Made by a program: the position numbers and the translations under genes
Shown: positions 38,264-48,297 of the stretch, piece by piece
Layout of the letters: every line of letters starts with the position of its first letter
How positions within the stretch are numbered: the first letter of the stretch is position 1
IMG/VR virus record: IMGVR_UViG_3300044843_000700
Coordinates: 64,001-122,232 of that record
Reading direction: 5' to 3' (one strand)
DNA length: 58,232 bases
From: a virus
Lineage: Duplodnaviria > Heunggongvirae > Uroviricota > Caudoviricetes
Notes under the pieces: generated by a model
Database searches by the model: none
What the model was told of the DNA's origin: nothing
What the model saw: only the letters and a program-made list of their open reading frames with translations

Positions 38264-39298
38264 TTAAAGTAGTACTTGGCTTGTCGCTAATTCGTACGGC
38301 AAGTCATATCTCCTACTTGTGTAATGCCACTCTGCTTCTTTAAGTTTACCATCAAGCTTTTCCTTCCATTGCTGCATAGTTTCAGGTGATACCCGGAAAG
38401 GATATACCTGTCTGTACTTGTCTACAACAATAAAGGTAAACTCGATTCGCCATTCAGACTCATCGATACCATTACTACGTAGGAATTCATGTCTTACCAT
38501 GATATCGTACAGGGCAGCTTGCATCCATAGGTTCCAGAAGTCTATGGTCTCTTTAAAGTCGGTCAACGATTTGCTCGTTGTCTTTAGGTCATTGATCCGG
38601 ATAAGCTTCTGTTCGAAGTCTACCTTCACATTGTCCAAGATACCTTTTACTCCGAAAGAGTAACCTTCGATTTCTGCGTGAATAGGAAGCTCGTTAAACA
38701 CCTGTACAGTTTCTGCATCGGCTGATATGCCGAGCAGATCATTAACCTCTGGGTGCTGTTTGAGTAGCTCTGCGACTTCAGTGCAGTATTCAAGCGTGGG
38801 AATGTCAACAATATCTTTTCCTTCTCGCTTAAGCAAGAACTGGAAGTATTCTTTGTTGGCATCTGTCAAGATCTTTTCAAGGCGCTGCTCATCCGTTTTA
38901 AGGGATTGGTGCAGGTTTATCTCCTTGAGAATCTCTAGGATTTTGTCCTTGTAATCAGCCAGGTTCGGTGGAAGATTTACTTCTCCTTCTGCCGGTGGAT
39001 TTTCTAGGTAGTGAGTGAGAATCTTTTCTACTACCTTTTTGGGATTGTCACTCGGCATATTACCGGGTAACAATAGAAACTGTTTATCGAAGCTACCATT
39101 ATCAAGAAGTAGGCAGTGTATCACCTTTCCTTGTAGTAACGCCGGTGTAGTTTCATCATCACGCTGTCTAAGAACATAATGTTTATAGAACAGCTGAGGA
39201 GCATAAACAAGCTTGTTAAGGCCAGAATAGCTCATGAAGAACTTATTCGCATAGAACTCGTCCTCGAGTAATCTTTTATCTACAGCTGTCTCATTCAT
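38264..39298 (-). CDS. PD-(D/E)xK exonuclease (RecE/ExoVIII-like)
   Basis: MSYSGLNKL, GKVIHCLLL, KGILD...INDLKTT and QAALY motifs. Confidence 0.8.
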   Translation of the reverse strand: MNETAVDKRLLEDEFYANKFFMSYSGLNKLVYAPQLFYKHYVLRQRDDETTPALLQGKVIHCLLLDNGSFDKQFLLLPGNMPSDNPKKVVEKILTHYLENPPAEGEVNLPPNLADYKDKILEILKEINLHQSLKTDEQRLEKILTDANKEYFQFLLKREGKDIVDIPTLEYCTEVAELLKQHPEVNDLLGISADAETVQVFNELPIHAEIEGYSFGVKGILDNVKVDFEQKLIRINDLKTTSKSLTDFKETIDFWNLWMQAALYDIMVRHEFLRSNGIDESEWRIEFTFIVVDKYRQVYPFRVSPETMQQWKEKLDGKLKEAEWHYTSRRYDLPYELATSQVLL

Positions 39299-40424
39299 TA
39301 GTTTCTGCTTTTTCAGTTACAGGAGCTGCTGTTTGAGATGCTAACTTGGCTTGACGGATTCGGTCTGCTCTTTCGATTGCTTCAGTGAGATCATCATTGG
39401 GTTCGATATCTTTTACCCGGAAGAATGTAGATGATAAATCATCTGACATGTCCTCTTTTACAAGCTTCATCAAGAGTGGTAATTCTTCTGTACCTATGGC
39501 ATTAATCCTGGTGCAGATTTCAATTACTTCATCTAGTGTTAAAGACTCGCCGGTACTAATATCGAAGAAACTGCAGAGTGAGCGGAAGTTGACATGATCT
39601 TTTTCCTTGCGGTTATTGATCTGTGATGAGTGGTTCTTGAGTAGGAGCAGCAAATATATAGCGGATTTTTGGTAATCGCAATTAGCCATAAGCTCCATTG
39701 CTAACACATGATTGTTATTATCCTCAGACTCAAACATTTTGACTGCTTCATGATACATCTCTTCCGTCATTACATTGGATGAGTTAATGATGGCCAAAAG
39801 ATTATTCTGGTAGACAATCGGCTTCATCGTGTCCAGGATCTTGTCGAAATCTCTGAGCTTTTTATCTTCAGAAATCCAAACGTGCATGCTGTTAGTAGGA
39901 CTGTTTACAGTTTGCTTAACCCAACGATAGTTTTGATCCGCTGCTCCAGTTCTCACTGCTCTCTGAACATTGTAGCCATAAAGTACAACCAGGTCGAATG
40001 TGTCATCTTTGGAAAGCTCTTGCTTTATAGCCAAGGTTCCAAGATTTCCTACTGAGTAGTTTTTATCTATCCAGTTAAGACACTCTTCCACTGTGATGTA
40101 TTGTGAGATATATTCTTCTTGAACAATTTCTTGCTCGGTGTTATCACCCTTGATAATTACCGTAGCATTATCCGGGGTTTTACCTACGGACATTCCCGTA
40201 GCCTCACACAATTGTTTTACCTTAAAGCGTGGGACAGTACATCCCGGCATGAAGAAGATTTTATCTGAGGCGCTGAACTGATACTCTGTAGTATCAGCCA
40301 GCACTTCAGAAATTGCTCCTTCTGCTAGTTCGCTTTTGTATAAAGCCAATCGAGTGGTAAACTGGATACCTTCTTGTGTGATATCCGTGATGACGATTTG
40401 CTTCTTGAAAAGTTCTCTTAGCAT
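39291..40424 (-). CDS. Hypothetical protein with possible BRCT-like N-terminal region and SxDxxN motif
   Basis: IFFMPGCTVPRFKVKQLCEATGMSV...ATVII loosely resembles BRCT; immediately downstream of MoxR. Confidence 0.5.
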   Translation of the reverse strand: MLRELFKKQIVITDITQEGIQFTTRLALYKSELAEGAISEVLADTTEYQFSASDKIFFMPGCTVPRFKVKQLCEATGMSVGKTPDNATVIIKGDNTEQEIVQEEYISQYITVEECLNWIDKNYSVGNLGTLAIKQELSKDDTFDLVVLYGYNVQRAVRTGAADQNYRWVKQTVNSPTNSMHVWISEDKKLRDFDKILDTMKPIVYQNNLLAIINSSNVMTEEMYHEAVKMFESEDNNNHVLAMELMANCDYQKSAIYLLLLLKNHSSQINNRKEKDHVNFRSLCSFFDISTGESLTLDEVIEICTRINAIGTEELPLLMKLVKEDMSDDLSSTFFRVKDIEPNDDLTEAIERADRIRQAKLASQTAAPVTEKAETNE

Positions 40425-40431
40425 AGTGTCT

Positions 40432-41922
40432 TTATTTCATTGCCATTTTCACAACTTCCGGGTTGGTCATCATCTTCTGGAACTTCTGCTTGTTGCCATT
40501 GAGGATCTTCTTCACCACATGATACTTTATATCGTTGGCAAAGGTTTCCTCATCTGTTACCAGACGCGTTAAGCGATCGATTTCCTTCTGAGTAATACCT
40601 ACCTTTTCTGCGTGATAAAGGCTGTAGTTAATGATACGAGTACCCATGATGCTCGCGATGTCTGCTCGGTAATCATTACCACGACCAATTGTGTTTCTCA
40701 GTTCACCCATGATATAGGCTTCGTTATCATGAAGCAAAATATCTTTAGGGCTAAGCATTTTATCAAGCTTGTTATTGATGAAGCTTGTAAACATGCTTGA
40801 GAATTCTATTCCTACAGATCCTTCTCCGATCATTTGAATCAGTGGGAGCTGTTCTTCAAACTTAGGGATAGAGCTGATACTGTTGAAGAAGTTCGTGATA
40901 GAACGAGCATTTACTTTGCTGTTCACCAGTTCTGGATGCATCAACATGAAGTTGATACAACGAGTGTCGATTTGAGACATCTCAGCCCACTTAGCCCAAA
41001 CCTCGACATCATACTTCAGATTAACGCTAATGAAGCGTGTACGCTGAGCTGTATCGATGGTATTTACTAAGTAGTCTCCGTTATCCGGATTCGCAGTAAG
41101 GATGATGTGCCAGTCCTTTGGAAGCTTCCAGGAGATGTACTCTTGGCGATCCACCAATTCCATTACGGCCTGAATGAATCGGATGTCTGCACGATTCCAG
41201 TCATCCAAGATAAGGATTCCTCCTCCTTGTTTGTCTGCAATCCATTCCGGCGGACAGTACGACATACGCTTCTGACCAGTGAATTCGTATCCTCGCTTTA
41301 CATACTCTTCTACAGCATGTTCATCTGCCCAGATACATTCGTTGGAGTTCATAGATACTACATCTACGATTCCGACTTCTCCTTGGATAGTCACCGGTTC
41401 TTCCACTTCCATTTCAACCATTTCAGTGATTGTCACCGGCACTTCTTTTTCAACAAGCTTAGGCACCTTGGTTTCGACTTCCTTTGTAACGAAGCGCCCG
41501 TTTTCCAGCACTTGTTTCTTGGTAACCTTCACCTCGAACTCCTGGACCTGTTGCTTCTCCATACGGGTCACCTCCTTTGGCACAGTCTTTTTGACCTTTT
41601 GCATTTCCACTTTGCTGGAGGATACCGGAGTAGAGGTTACATTTGTTCCTGTTTTGCAGAGCTGGAACTGGCGAATAGGAAATCCTACTAAGTCACCAAG
41701 CTCTTCGATCTGCGCAAGGTTTAACTTTACAAAGTTTAAACCTTGTTCGTTTGCCATCTGGAGGATAGAGCTAGTCTTTCCGATCCCTGACTCACCGATT
41801 ACCTCTACGGAAACAGAGTTTTTCCCTTGTTCCTGCAGGAATCGGTTGTTGCTAATAATGTGGGCCATGAACCCTTTCAATTCATCGATGTTCAGGCTTA
41901 CTTGATTTTGTACGTTGCTCAT
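40432..41922 (-). CDS. MoxR-like AAA+ ATPase with an approximately 100-aa insertion
   Basis: Walker A GESGIGKT, Walker B ILILDDWNRA, ILTANP sensor, DTAQRTRF arginine finger; adjacent VWA gene. Confidence 0.85.
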   Translation of the reverse strand: MSNVQNQVSLNIDELKGFMAHIISNNRFLQEQGKNSVSVEVIGESGIGKTSSILQMANEQGLNFVKLNLAQIEELGDLVGFPIRQFQLCKTGTNVTSTPVSSSKVEMQKVKKTVPKEVTRMEKQQVQEFEVKVTKKQVLENGRFVTKEVETKVPKLVEKEVPVTITEMVEMEVEEPVTIQGEVGIVDVVSMNSNECIWADEHAVEEYVKRGYEFTGQKRMSYCPPEWIADKQGGGILILDDWNRADIRFIQAVMELVDRQEYISWKLPKDWHIILTANPDNGDYLVNTIDTAQRTRFISVNLKYDVEVWAKWAEMSQIDTRCINFMLMHPELVNSKVNARSITNFFNSISSIPKFEEQLPLIQMIGEGSVGIEFSSMFTSFINNKLDKMLSPKDILLHDNEAYIMGELRNTIGRGNDYRADIASIMGTRIINYSLYHAEKVGITQKEIDRLTRLVTDEETFANDIKYHVVKKILNGNKQKFQKMMTNPEVVKMAMK

Positions 41923-41923
41923 G

Positions 41924-43129
41924 CTAATTTAACTTGATGGTTGCTCCTGGTAAATGATCTGTTTCGTTTGATTGTGTAGAAAGCACCCACAACACACGGC
42001 CCTTTACAGTTTCCGGTGCTGGAGCTTCGCCATCTGTTAAGTAAACAAGACAGCTGTACTTTCTGGTGTTTGCATTGTAGTAGTCTACAACCGGGTCAAA
42101 ACTGGTTCCACCTCGACCATAGATTTTGTACTCTGCTTTGGGGTCGTATGCTTCTATCTTTTGAATAGCGGCATCAGCGTGCACTACAGTTACATCAGCT
42201 CCTGTTTTGTAGATGTGATGGATCTCTTGCATAAACTCCAAGAGTTCTTTATCACTTACAGAACCGGATGTATCTAGTGCTACGAGAACATGTCTTTTCG
42301 GTTTTATCTTAAGACCAGGATTGTCCTCGTATCGTTTGTTATACTTACGACGAGTTTTCTTGGTGAAGATCTTTACAGATCCTCCAGCAAATCGTCTTAA
42401 GTAACCTCTCCAATCAAACTTTGGAGGCTCGATGTGATTAAGCTTTTCCAAGATGCTTGCAAATTCACCGGGAACAGTGCCGCGGCTTTTCTGAATCTGT
42501 TCTGCTACCTCGTTTAACACATGCTTAGTTTGGTTATGGATAAGCTTTTGTGTTGCTTCATCCAAATCACTGGCGTTCCAAGAGGAATGATCAGGTAAAT
42601 TAATATCTTCTGGACCACCAGGTCCTTGGCAAGTGCACACGCCTTCTCCTGCAGCCATAGCGGCTAGCTGGATATTCAAGTTAGGGCAATTACCCTTTTC
42701 CTTAGCTTCCTTAAGCTTTTCGTAGTAGTAGTGTGTACCTTTCTTGGGTTCAAGATTCAGCTCTGGATAAAGATCCAGCTTCTGTCCTCCTGGTGGTAAA
42801 TAATCATCTTTGATGTACTGGTTAATTTCCAAGTCCATGGCGATGTTGGCTAGCTCCTTATCATCAAAATGACTGTAGTCAGTAAGATGAAAGAAGCCTA
42901 TATGCAGGAGCTCGTGTTTGAGCAATCCTTTTCTGTGAGGAACTGCCAAGCTCTTCCAGAATTCCTCGTTGATCAACAAATTGTAGTTGATTCCAGAGAG
43001 GCATACCCCTGCTGTGGGTACTTGTTTGCTCCACTTTTTGTTGAGCATGATTAAGAAGAGGCCGTAGAACGGTTCTTCCATCATCAAATCCTTGCCGGCT
43101 TTAGCCAGGCTTTCGTCTTTAGTCTGCAT
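41924..43129 (-). CDS. Metallopeptidase-like + VWA domain protein (DUF2201-type)
   Basis: LLKHELLH (HExxH); C-terminal VALDTSGS MIDAS, GRGGTSFDP, YLTDG. Confidence 0.88.
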   Translation of the reverse strand: MQTKDESLAKAGKDLMMEEPFYGLFLIMLNKKWSKQVPTAGVCLSGINYNLLINEEFWKSLAVPHRKGLLKHELLHIGFFHLTDYSHFDDKELANIAMDLEINQYIKDDYLPPGGQKLDLYPELNLEPKKGTHYYYEKLKEAKEKGNCPNLNIQLAAMAAGEGVCTCQGPGGPEDINLPDHSSWNASDLDEATQKLIHNQTKHVLNEVAEQIQKSRGTVPGEFASILEKLNHIEPPKFDWRGYLRRFAGGSVKIFTKKTRRKYNKRYEDNPGLKIKPKRHVLVALDTSGSVSDKELLEFMQEIHHIYKTGADVTVVHADAAIQKIEAYDPKAEYKIYGRGGTSFDPVVDYYNANTRKYSCLVYLTDGEAPAPETVKGRVLWVLSTQSNETDHLPGATIKLN

Positions 43130-43544
43130 AGTCCAGCTTTACTTCTATTGATTTGAGGTAGTCGTATCCTATATCTCGAAGATCTTTTAATACCTGAGTA
43201 TTGATACGCTCTACCAATAATTGTACATGTTCTTTTGGAGCCTTGTGAGTTACTCCTGCTTCAGAAATCTGCTTGAATGTCACTGTGGAGTCAAAGGGTA
43301 TACCATTTTCCTTCATGACATTTACTACGGTTGGAGCATGCGTATTCCACATACCTATCCCGGCTGCTGATTCTTTACGTAGCAATAAGGTCTTAACGAT
43401 ATTAGGTAAGACTTCTATGTTCTCAAGGCTTGTGAGAGCGAGTACAACGTTTTCCTGATCTTCAGAATTAAGCATTCCTAGCAGAGTGTCATAGTCGTAA
43501 TCGACGTGTTCAGGTATCATACTACAAATTGTTTCTGCGTGCAT
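43119..43544 (-). CDS. Hypothetical protein with SxDxxN motif
   Basis: 141-aa ORF immediately upstream of the VWA gene; LGMLNSEDQENVVLAL. Confidence 0.6.
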   Translation of the reverse strand: MHAETICSMIPEHVDYDYDTLLGMLNSEDQENVVLALTSLENIEVLPNIVKTLLLRKESAAGIGMWNTHAPTVVNVMKENGIPFDSTVTFKQISEAGVTHKAPKEHVQLLVERINTQVLKDLRDIGYDYLKSIEVKLDYAD

Positions 43545-44043
43545 ATTCTGCCATCAGTACTGCATCAATAAGACCGTCATGAGGCTTTGTTGCTTTTTCA
43601 CCAAAGGTGAGTTTAAGGTCCGGAAACAATCTCTTGATAGCTACCAAAGCCATAGCTTTAGTGTCTCTCACAGATGTTTTACCGGTCTTGCTTGGCCTGG
43701 AGATTTCTTCCACGCCTTGAAACATTGTCTTCTGCCAGTCTTTAGCATTAACTTTTGTGTAAGGAATGCCTTGACAGATACACTTCATTTCTACAGCACC
43801 GGCTTGATTCCCCATAGAGAAAGCCGTTTGCTTAGATGATCCGAATATTACACCTAGCTTTTCAAATACTATGTGAGGTTTTTCCGAATCACTACACATC
43901 CTTGATAAGATGCGACTGAGCTCATGGTAATCAAGCTCAGTTTTTATTTTTGGCATGGGCCATGTCACGATTTTTCCATCGTGTATTGCTGCGATAGCAC
44001 CGTCTTTTCCGATGTCTATTCCTACATAGATCTTGTTACTCAT
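43522..44043 (-). CDS. RuvC-like Holliday junction resolvase
   Basis: VGIDIGKDGAIA, VFEK, DAVLMAEY acidic RNase H-fold motifs. Confidence 0.85.
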   Translation of the reverse strand: MSNKIYVGIDIGKDGAIAAIHDGKIVTWPMPKIKTELDYHELSRILSRMCSDSEKPHIVFEKLGVIFGSSKQTAFSMGNQAGAVEMKCICQGIPYTKVNAKDWQKTMFQGVEEISRPSKTGKTSVRDTKAMALVAIKRLFPDLKLTFGEKATKPHDGLIDAVLMAEYARRNNL

Positions 44044-45032
44044 ATGTTGAGAGCTTTGCGTAGTAACGGAGTGACAGCTTCCCGGATTTTATCCAGACCA
44101 TGCTCTTTTATGGCATCTGAAATGTCTTTCTCTATTTCCAGGTGCACGTAGTTCATACCATACCGGTCACTGTATTTCTTCATGGCAGCTATTCCAGCTT
44201 CATCATTATCAAACAATGTGCACACGTTTTTGTATTTGTGTCTGTATGCTGTGATTACATGTTCTCCGATGAGTGTGTTTTCGCTGTCTGGAGCTACTTG
44301 TTCTACGTTGGCATATCCCAGTTTTCTGAGAGCCATCATATCTTTAAGTGAGCTGCAGATAACCAGGTATTCTTTCTGATACGTTAGCTGATCTGTTCCT
44401 TGTATGTACTCCTTTACTTTGATGAATTTGTTGTCTGTTACTTTCGGCTGGTAGATCTTATACAAGCTACCATCGTTTCGGAAGTAGCCATAGATATACT
44501 GACCTTTTATTACGAGCTCTTTTAACTCACCGTCTTCTTCCTTGGTCATCTTGTATGACTCTAGAGGCTGTACATTGTAGTACTCCAAATCCTTGGAGCC
44601 TATCTTATACTTGTTCCAGTAGTTTTTATCAAGAGTATTCCAGCTCCGTGCGGTAAACTCTGTTACCTTGTACTTGGCTCGGATCTTAAATTCTCGTAAG
44701 CTATAATCTTCTTTGTTGTTCAACATCCACTGATTATAGTCTTCGATAATCTTATGAGCAGCCTCACCACGAGTGGTAAGACTGAACATCATTTGCACAA
44801 GAGTAACACCATCTCCAGACCGATCCTGTGAGGAAAAGTCTTTGAACTTGTAGGCTCCAGCTGATTTGGCGTAGTAGATAAACATCGATGGGTTCTTCTC
44901 CGTAGGATTGAACACAGATGTGATCTTTATGTCTTGACCAGACAGCTTTTCGCTAAGCTTCAAGTAGTACTCGAATACCCATTCTCTCGGTACTTCGTTA
45001 AGATTTGCTATGAGAGATCGTGTTCTTAGCAT
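44040..45032 (-). CDS. DNA primase (crAss-type, Toprim, no Cys zinc finger)
   Basis: KIYQP, LVICSSLKDMMAL, TLFDNDEAG (DxD), KDISD. Confidence 0.82.
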   Translation of the reverse strand: MLRTRSLIANLNEVPREWVFEYYLKLSEKLSGQDIKITSVFNPTEKNPSMFIYYAKSAGAYKFKDFSSQDRSGDGVTLVQMMFSLTTRGEAAHKIIEDYNQWMLNNKEDYSLREFKIRAKYKVTEFTARSWNTLDKNYWNKYKIGSKDLEYYNVQPLESYKMTKEEDGELKELVIKGQYIYGYFRNDGSLYKIYQPKVTDNKFIKVKEYIQGTDQLTYQKEYLVICSSLKDMMALRKLGYANVEQVAPDSENTLIGEHVITAYRHKYKNVCTLFDNDEAGIAAMKKYSDRYGMNYVHLEIEKDISDAIKEHGLDKIREAVTPLLRKALNI

Positions 45033-45037
45033 AATAT

Positions 45038-45068
45038 AAAAATAAGGGAGAGCTTGCGGCCCTCCCTT
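45038..45068 (-). terminator. Intrinsic terminator between SSB-like gene and primase
   Basis: - strand AAGGGAGGGC-CGCAA-GCTCTCCCTT followed by ATTTTT. Confidence 0.65.
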
Positions 45069-45087
45069 TATTATTGTTTCACTCAGA

Positions 45088-45771
45088 TTAAAGCTTGAAG
45101 TCGCTGCTTACTTTAGAGCTGTCAGCTTGTTCTCCTCCTTCGAAGCTTGATACATTCTCCACGTTTTTCTTGCGGATATGATCAGCCGGGTTGAACTTCA
45201 TGACTTTGTCTTTAGCTTTGCCGACACCTTCGAAAGGTACTCCAGCTTTGCTGAACTTAGGAAGGAACAAGTCGTAGTTAGTGTAACCTTCTTTGTTCAA
45301 ATATTCTTTACCTGCTACACAGGCATTCATCCACTTACCTTTGAAAGGCTTGTCCTCATTGAATTTTCTCATGAGTGACTCGATGGTAGGATGTTTTCCA
45401 TCTTGATCTTCCAACCAAGATAGACAGTCAAGCTCTATACAGAGTGTTTTCAAGAACTTGAGCATGTCCTGGTCACGGCTTACCGGGATACCAGATTTGG
45501 TTGTTCCATCAGCGAATGCGTATTCGCTTGCTTTGATTCGACCCACTTGCCCCTTGTAACGACCAAGAGATTCGTTTGCCTTATCAATGAAGAAGCCTTC
45601 AAAATCTTCTCCCATATCCTCTCCTTCACAGTGAAGTACGATGTGTAGGCCACCTGGTTTAAACTTGAACTCCTCCAGTTCTACACTGTGGATAGTCAAA
45701 GTTTGGTTGCCTGGCTGCAGTATTTTAGGAGTCGAGCTTCCTCCGGTCTTGATGTCTTTCGTGTTTAACAT
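45088..45771 (-). CDS. Putative single-stranded DNA-binding protein (DUF669-like)
   Basis: PGNQTLTIHSVEL start, beta-rich body, flexible tail ending DFKL; adjacent to AAA_24 and primase; followed by a terminator. Confidence 0.5.
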   Translation of the reverse strand: MLNTKDIKTGGSSTPKILQPGNQTLTIHSVELEEFKFKPGGLHIVLHCEGEDMGEDFEGFFIDKANESLGRYKGQVGRIKASEYAFADGTTKSGIPVSRDQDMLKFLKTLCIELDCLSWLEDQDGKHPTIESLMRKFNEDKPFKGKWMNACVAGKEYLNKEGYTNYDLFLPKFSKAGVPFEGVGKAKDKVMKFNPADHIRKKNVENVSSFEGGEQADSSKVSSDFKL

Positions 45772-45788
45772 GATATTGACGTTGATGG

Positions 45789-46553
45789 TTAATCGATGTA
45801 TACCTTATCCCAGTGTGTGATCAGACCTTTGTCTGTCATCTCGGAGATAACGATCTCTTGATTTCTCAAGTGATCTGGTCTTGCTCCACAAGCTACTTCG
45901 TCACTAGTACGGAAGCTTAAGATATTCTGATTGCCTTTTCTGTAAAGGTATCCGATGGCATCAGATTGAGAGGTTGTAATCCTCTTGAGTTTACCAGTAA
46001 GATCTAAGTCCATACTGTTGAAATCTGCACCGGCTTTCTCAAGCATCACATCTTTAATGTGCCCGATTAAGATCACTCTTGGTGCCCAGGTTTTGATGTA
46101 CTCGATCATCTTTGTAAATGCTTCACGAAGATAAGGATATCCTGCTCCGTTGGGCATGTTAAGAATAGATCCGTACTCTGGTTTCAACTTTGTGTACCAG
46201 TTTTTACCCATTGAGGTGCGCGAGTAAATAAGTTCAGCATAAGGAACACACATCTCTTCCAATGCTGTAATAGTATCTACTGCTACGTATTTGTAAGGTC
46301 TTCCTTGACGAATGATCTCGTCTCCGATTTCCTTGATCTCCTCTACGGTGTTCGCTTTGATTTTCATAGCGTCAACGTAATCTGTACCATGTTCCAAGTC
46401 AAGAATCAAGCAGTCTGGCAATTGCGCAAACAAGCTTGTCTTTCCTACTTTAGGCTTGGAAAATACGATAAGGTTCTTCGGGCTTTGGTGAGCCGCAGCG
46501 ACCTTTGCTGTTGGTAGCACAATCTTTGGTGCTTCTGTTTTTTCCTTACTCAT
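45789..46553 (-). CDS. AAA_24/Sak4-like ATPase
   Basis: FSKPKVGKT Walker A, LILDLEHG, VAVDTIT, LIGH motifs. Confidence 0.8.
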   Translation of the reverse strand: MSKEKTEAPKIVLPTAKVAAAHQSPKNLIVFSKPKVGKTSLFAQLPDCLILDLEHGTDYVDAMKIKANTVEEIKEIGDEIIRQGRPYKYVAVDTITALEEMCVPYAELIYSRTSMGKNWYTKLKPEYGSILNMPNGAGYPYLREAFTKMIEYIKTWAPRVILIGHIKDVMLEKAGADFNSMDLDLTGKLKRITTSQSDAIGYLYRKGNQNILSFRTSDEVACGARPDHLRNQEIVISEMTDKGLITHWDKVYID

Positions 46554-47122
46554 GCTAGGGCTTTTGTTATCATCTCGTTAATCCATTGCTTATTACTTAC
46601 TGGTTGCTTCCAGAGTATAGCAGCAAGATCTCTAACGGTTGCTTCTTTTAAAGGAAGATCTCCTTTAGTTTCTTGCATTGATGGAGCTTTGTTCTCACTC
46701 CCAGCAAATAACTGGAGTTGGCCAGTAGCATGTTCCTCAACAAGAGTTTCCGGCGGATTAGCTTTCACCAGGATAAGTTCTGCTGTTGGAATCAGGTAAC
46801 GCACAATACCCTTACCATCGAGTACTTCGTATTCCTCTTTGTAATTAGGATTGTAGCGCCATTTATAAAGTCTTCTCTCAGGATCTTGAGGCTCATACTC
46901 AGCGTCCGCAAACTCTGTGTAGATGTCCTGTCCTTTTGCAAGTTCACTTGCGAAGAATGCTAAGTATAGCTCGTTCTTCCCTGCCGGTTTATAGGCAAGC
47001 TTCGGAATAAATAAAGCATCTGGTATTCCCAGCTTTTCGAAGGTAGGTTCGTGAAGCTTACGAAGCAGCTTCATTCTTTCCTTTTTGTCCTCCGGCTTTT
47101 CGGTTGTTTGTATACCACTCAT
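46550..47122 (-). CDS. Hypothetical protein
   Basis: 190-aa ORF coupled between DnaB and AAA_24. Confidence 0.7.
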   Translation of the reverse strand: MSGIQTTEKPEDKKERMKLLRKLHEPTFEKLGIPDALFIPKLAYKPAGKNELYLAFFASELAKGQDIYTEFADAEYEPQDPERRLYKWRYNPNYKEEYEVLDGKGIVRYLIPTAELILVKANPPETLVEEHATGQLQLFAGSENKAPSMQETKGDLPLKEATVRDLAAILWKQPVSNKQWINEMITKALA

Positions 47123-48138
47123 GATCTAGTTGTTATTTTTCGTTCTTGTGTTGGTGGCGTATCCATTTCAGATACTTGCATCTTGTCAAACTCTGCTCGC
47201 ATAAAACTCATTCTGGTATCACCATTACGAGCTTTAATGAAGTGGAAGACTAGCACACTGAGATCTTCGATTATGTATCGCTCTACTCCGTAGAACTGGA
47301 TCTTCTGTTTTGCAGGTCTGTTTACTCCTACAACCGTATCTGCATGTTGTAAGAGAGCATCTGAACCATAGATGTCAGATTCCAAGATGTGGTTACCGTA
47401 TTTTCCATCTTCATTCCTTTCGGGACGATCGATGTCACGGTTGAGTTGACTCAGGACTATAAACGCTATTGGGTACTTTCTTTTGAGATCTGTGAGTGCT
47501 TCTCCGAGTGCAAATAGAGTATCATGTTTATCTTTCTCAAAGGGAGCTTTCTTGAGTAGTAATGAGTGATCGAGAGTGATAATTGTCTTGGTGTATTCCT
47601 TATAAGACTTTCCAGCCTTATCAACTTTTTGGACAGAGTGTGCGTCCATGTATTCCGCAATCGTTTCTCGGAACTCTGTGACAGTACATGGCTCATCGAT
47701 TATGTCAATCGGATGTTCAATCATCTTCTTCGCATAAGCATAGCATTTAGCCATGTCTTCATCCGTGATAACACCATCAGCGCTACACAGATATTTATAC
47801 GCTCTTCCGATGAACGAAGAAAAGGATCTCATAGCAGAGACTCTTCCCACCATTTCAAGACTAAACTCAAGCACGCGGAATGATGTGCTTTTATTTAGTG
47901 CAAACGCTTCACGGATAATCTGGTCTTTGATAAGAGTCTTACCGGTTCCAGGTCTTGCCGCTATTACTGTTGTCGAGTTCCATTCTATGCCGTCAGCAAT
48001 GGCATCGTTAAACTTCTTCCACGGAGTCTTTATACTCGTGATTGTCCCATTCTGTCGCCCTCGCATATAATCGAGAGCTTCTTGATAGGACTCTTTCTGA
48101 GATCTCCACTTACGCTTTCTATAGTTTGGTTGACTCAT
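47119..48138 (-). CDS. dnaB: DnaB-like replicative helicase (probable start MSQPNY at 48138; ORF extends to 48249)
   Basis: AARPGTGKT, FSLEM, ITLDH, LSQLNR, SDALLQHAD and KARNG motifs; a consensus promoter inside the 5' extension supports the shorter start. Confidence 0.88.
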   Translation of the reverse strand: MSQPNYRKRKWRSQKESYQEALDYMRGRQNGTITSIKTPWKKFNDAIADGIEWNSTTVIAARPGTGKTLIKDQIIREAFALNKSTSFRVLEFSLEMVGRVSAMRSFSSFIGRAYKYLCSADGVITDEDMAKCYAYAKKMIEHPIDIIDEPCTVTEFRETIAEYMDAHSVQKVDKAGKSYKEYTKTIITLDHSLLLKKAPFEKDKHDTLFALGEALTDLKRKYPIAFIVLSQLNRDIDRPERNEDGKYGNHILESDIYGSDALLQHADTVVGVNRPAKQKIQFYGVERYIIEDLSVLVFHFIKARNGDTRMSFMRAEFDKMQVSEMDTPPTQERKITTRS

Positions 48139-48218
48139 AATTAGTGGCGACAATTCCCTGAGCGTACTGTTGAGTACACTTAGGAAAACATCGTAAAACG
48201 GGTGATTTGGTTCCTCTG

Positions 48219-48250
48219 CAAACGTAGTAAAAAGCTGTGACATGACCAAA
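48219..48250 (-). promoter_or_regulatory. Bacteroidota primary-sigma-type promoter for the dnaB operon
   Basis: - strand TTTG-N20-TACGTTTG. Confidence 0.65.
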
Positions 48251-48297
48251 CATTTCTTGTAGTTTTATCCACATAGATCTGCTTGATGCACAGCTAG

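Noticed and set aside
38264-39298. Cas4 / CRISPR association of the PD-(D/E)xK nuclease
   Set aside because: Lacks the four-Cys Fe-S cluster pattern, and no CRISPR repeat array was seen in the window.
41341-41652. MoxR insertion as a mini-intein (Cys near its start, Asn-Ser near its end)
   Set aside because: No TxxH block B, no penultimate His, and the composition is a repetitive beta-hairpin, not a HINT fold.
48139-48249. 37-aa N-terminal extension of DnaB
   Set aside because: A consensus promoter lies inside it (48219-48250), favouring ATG 48138.
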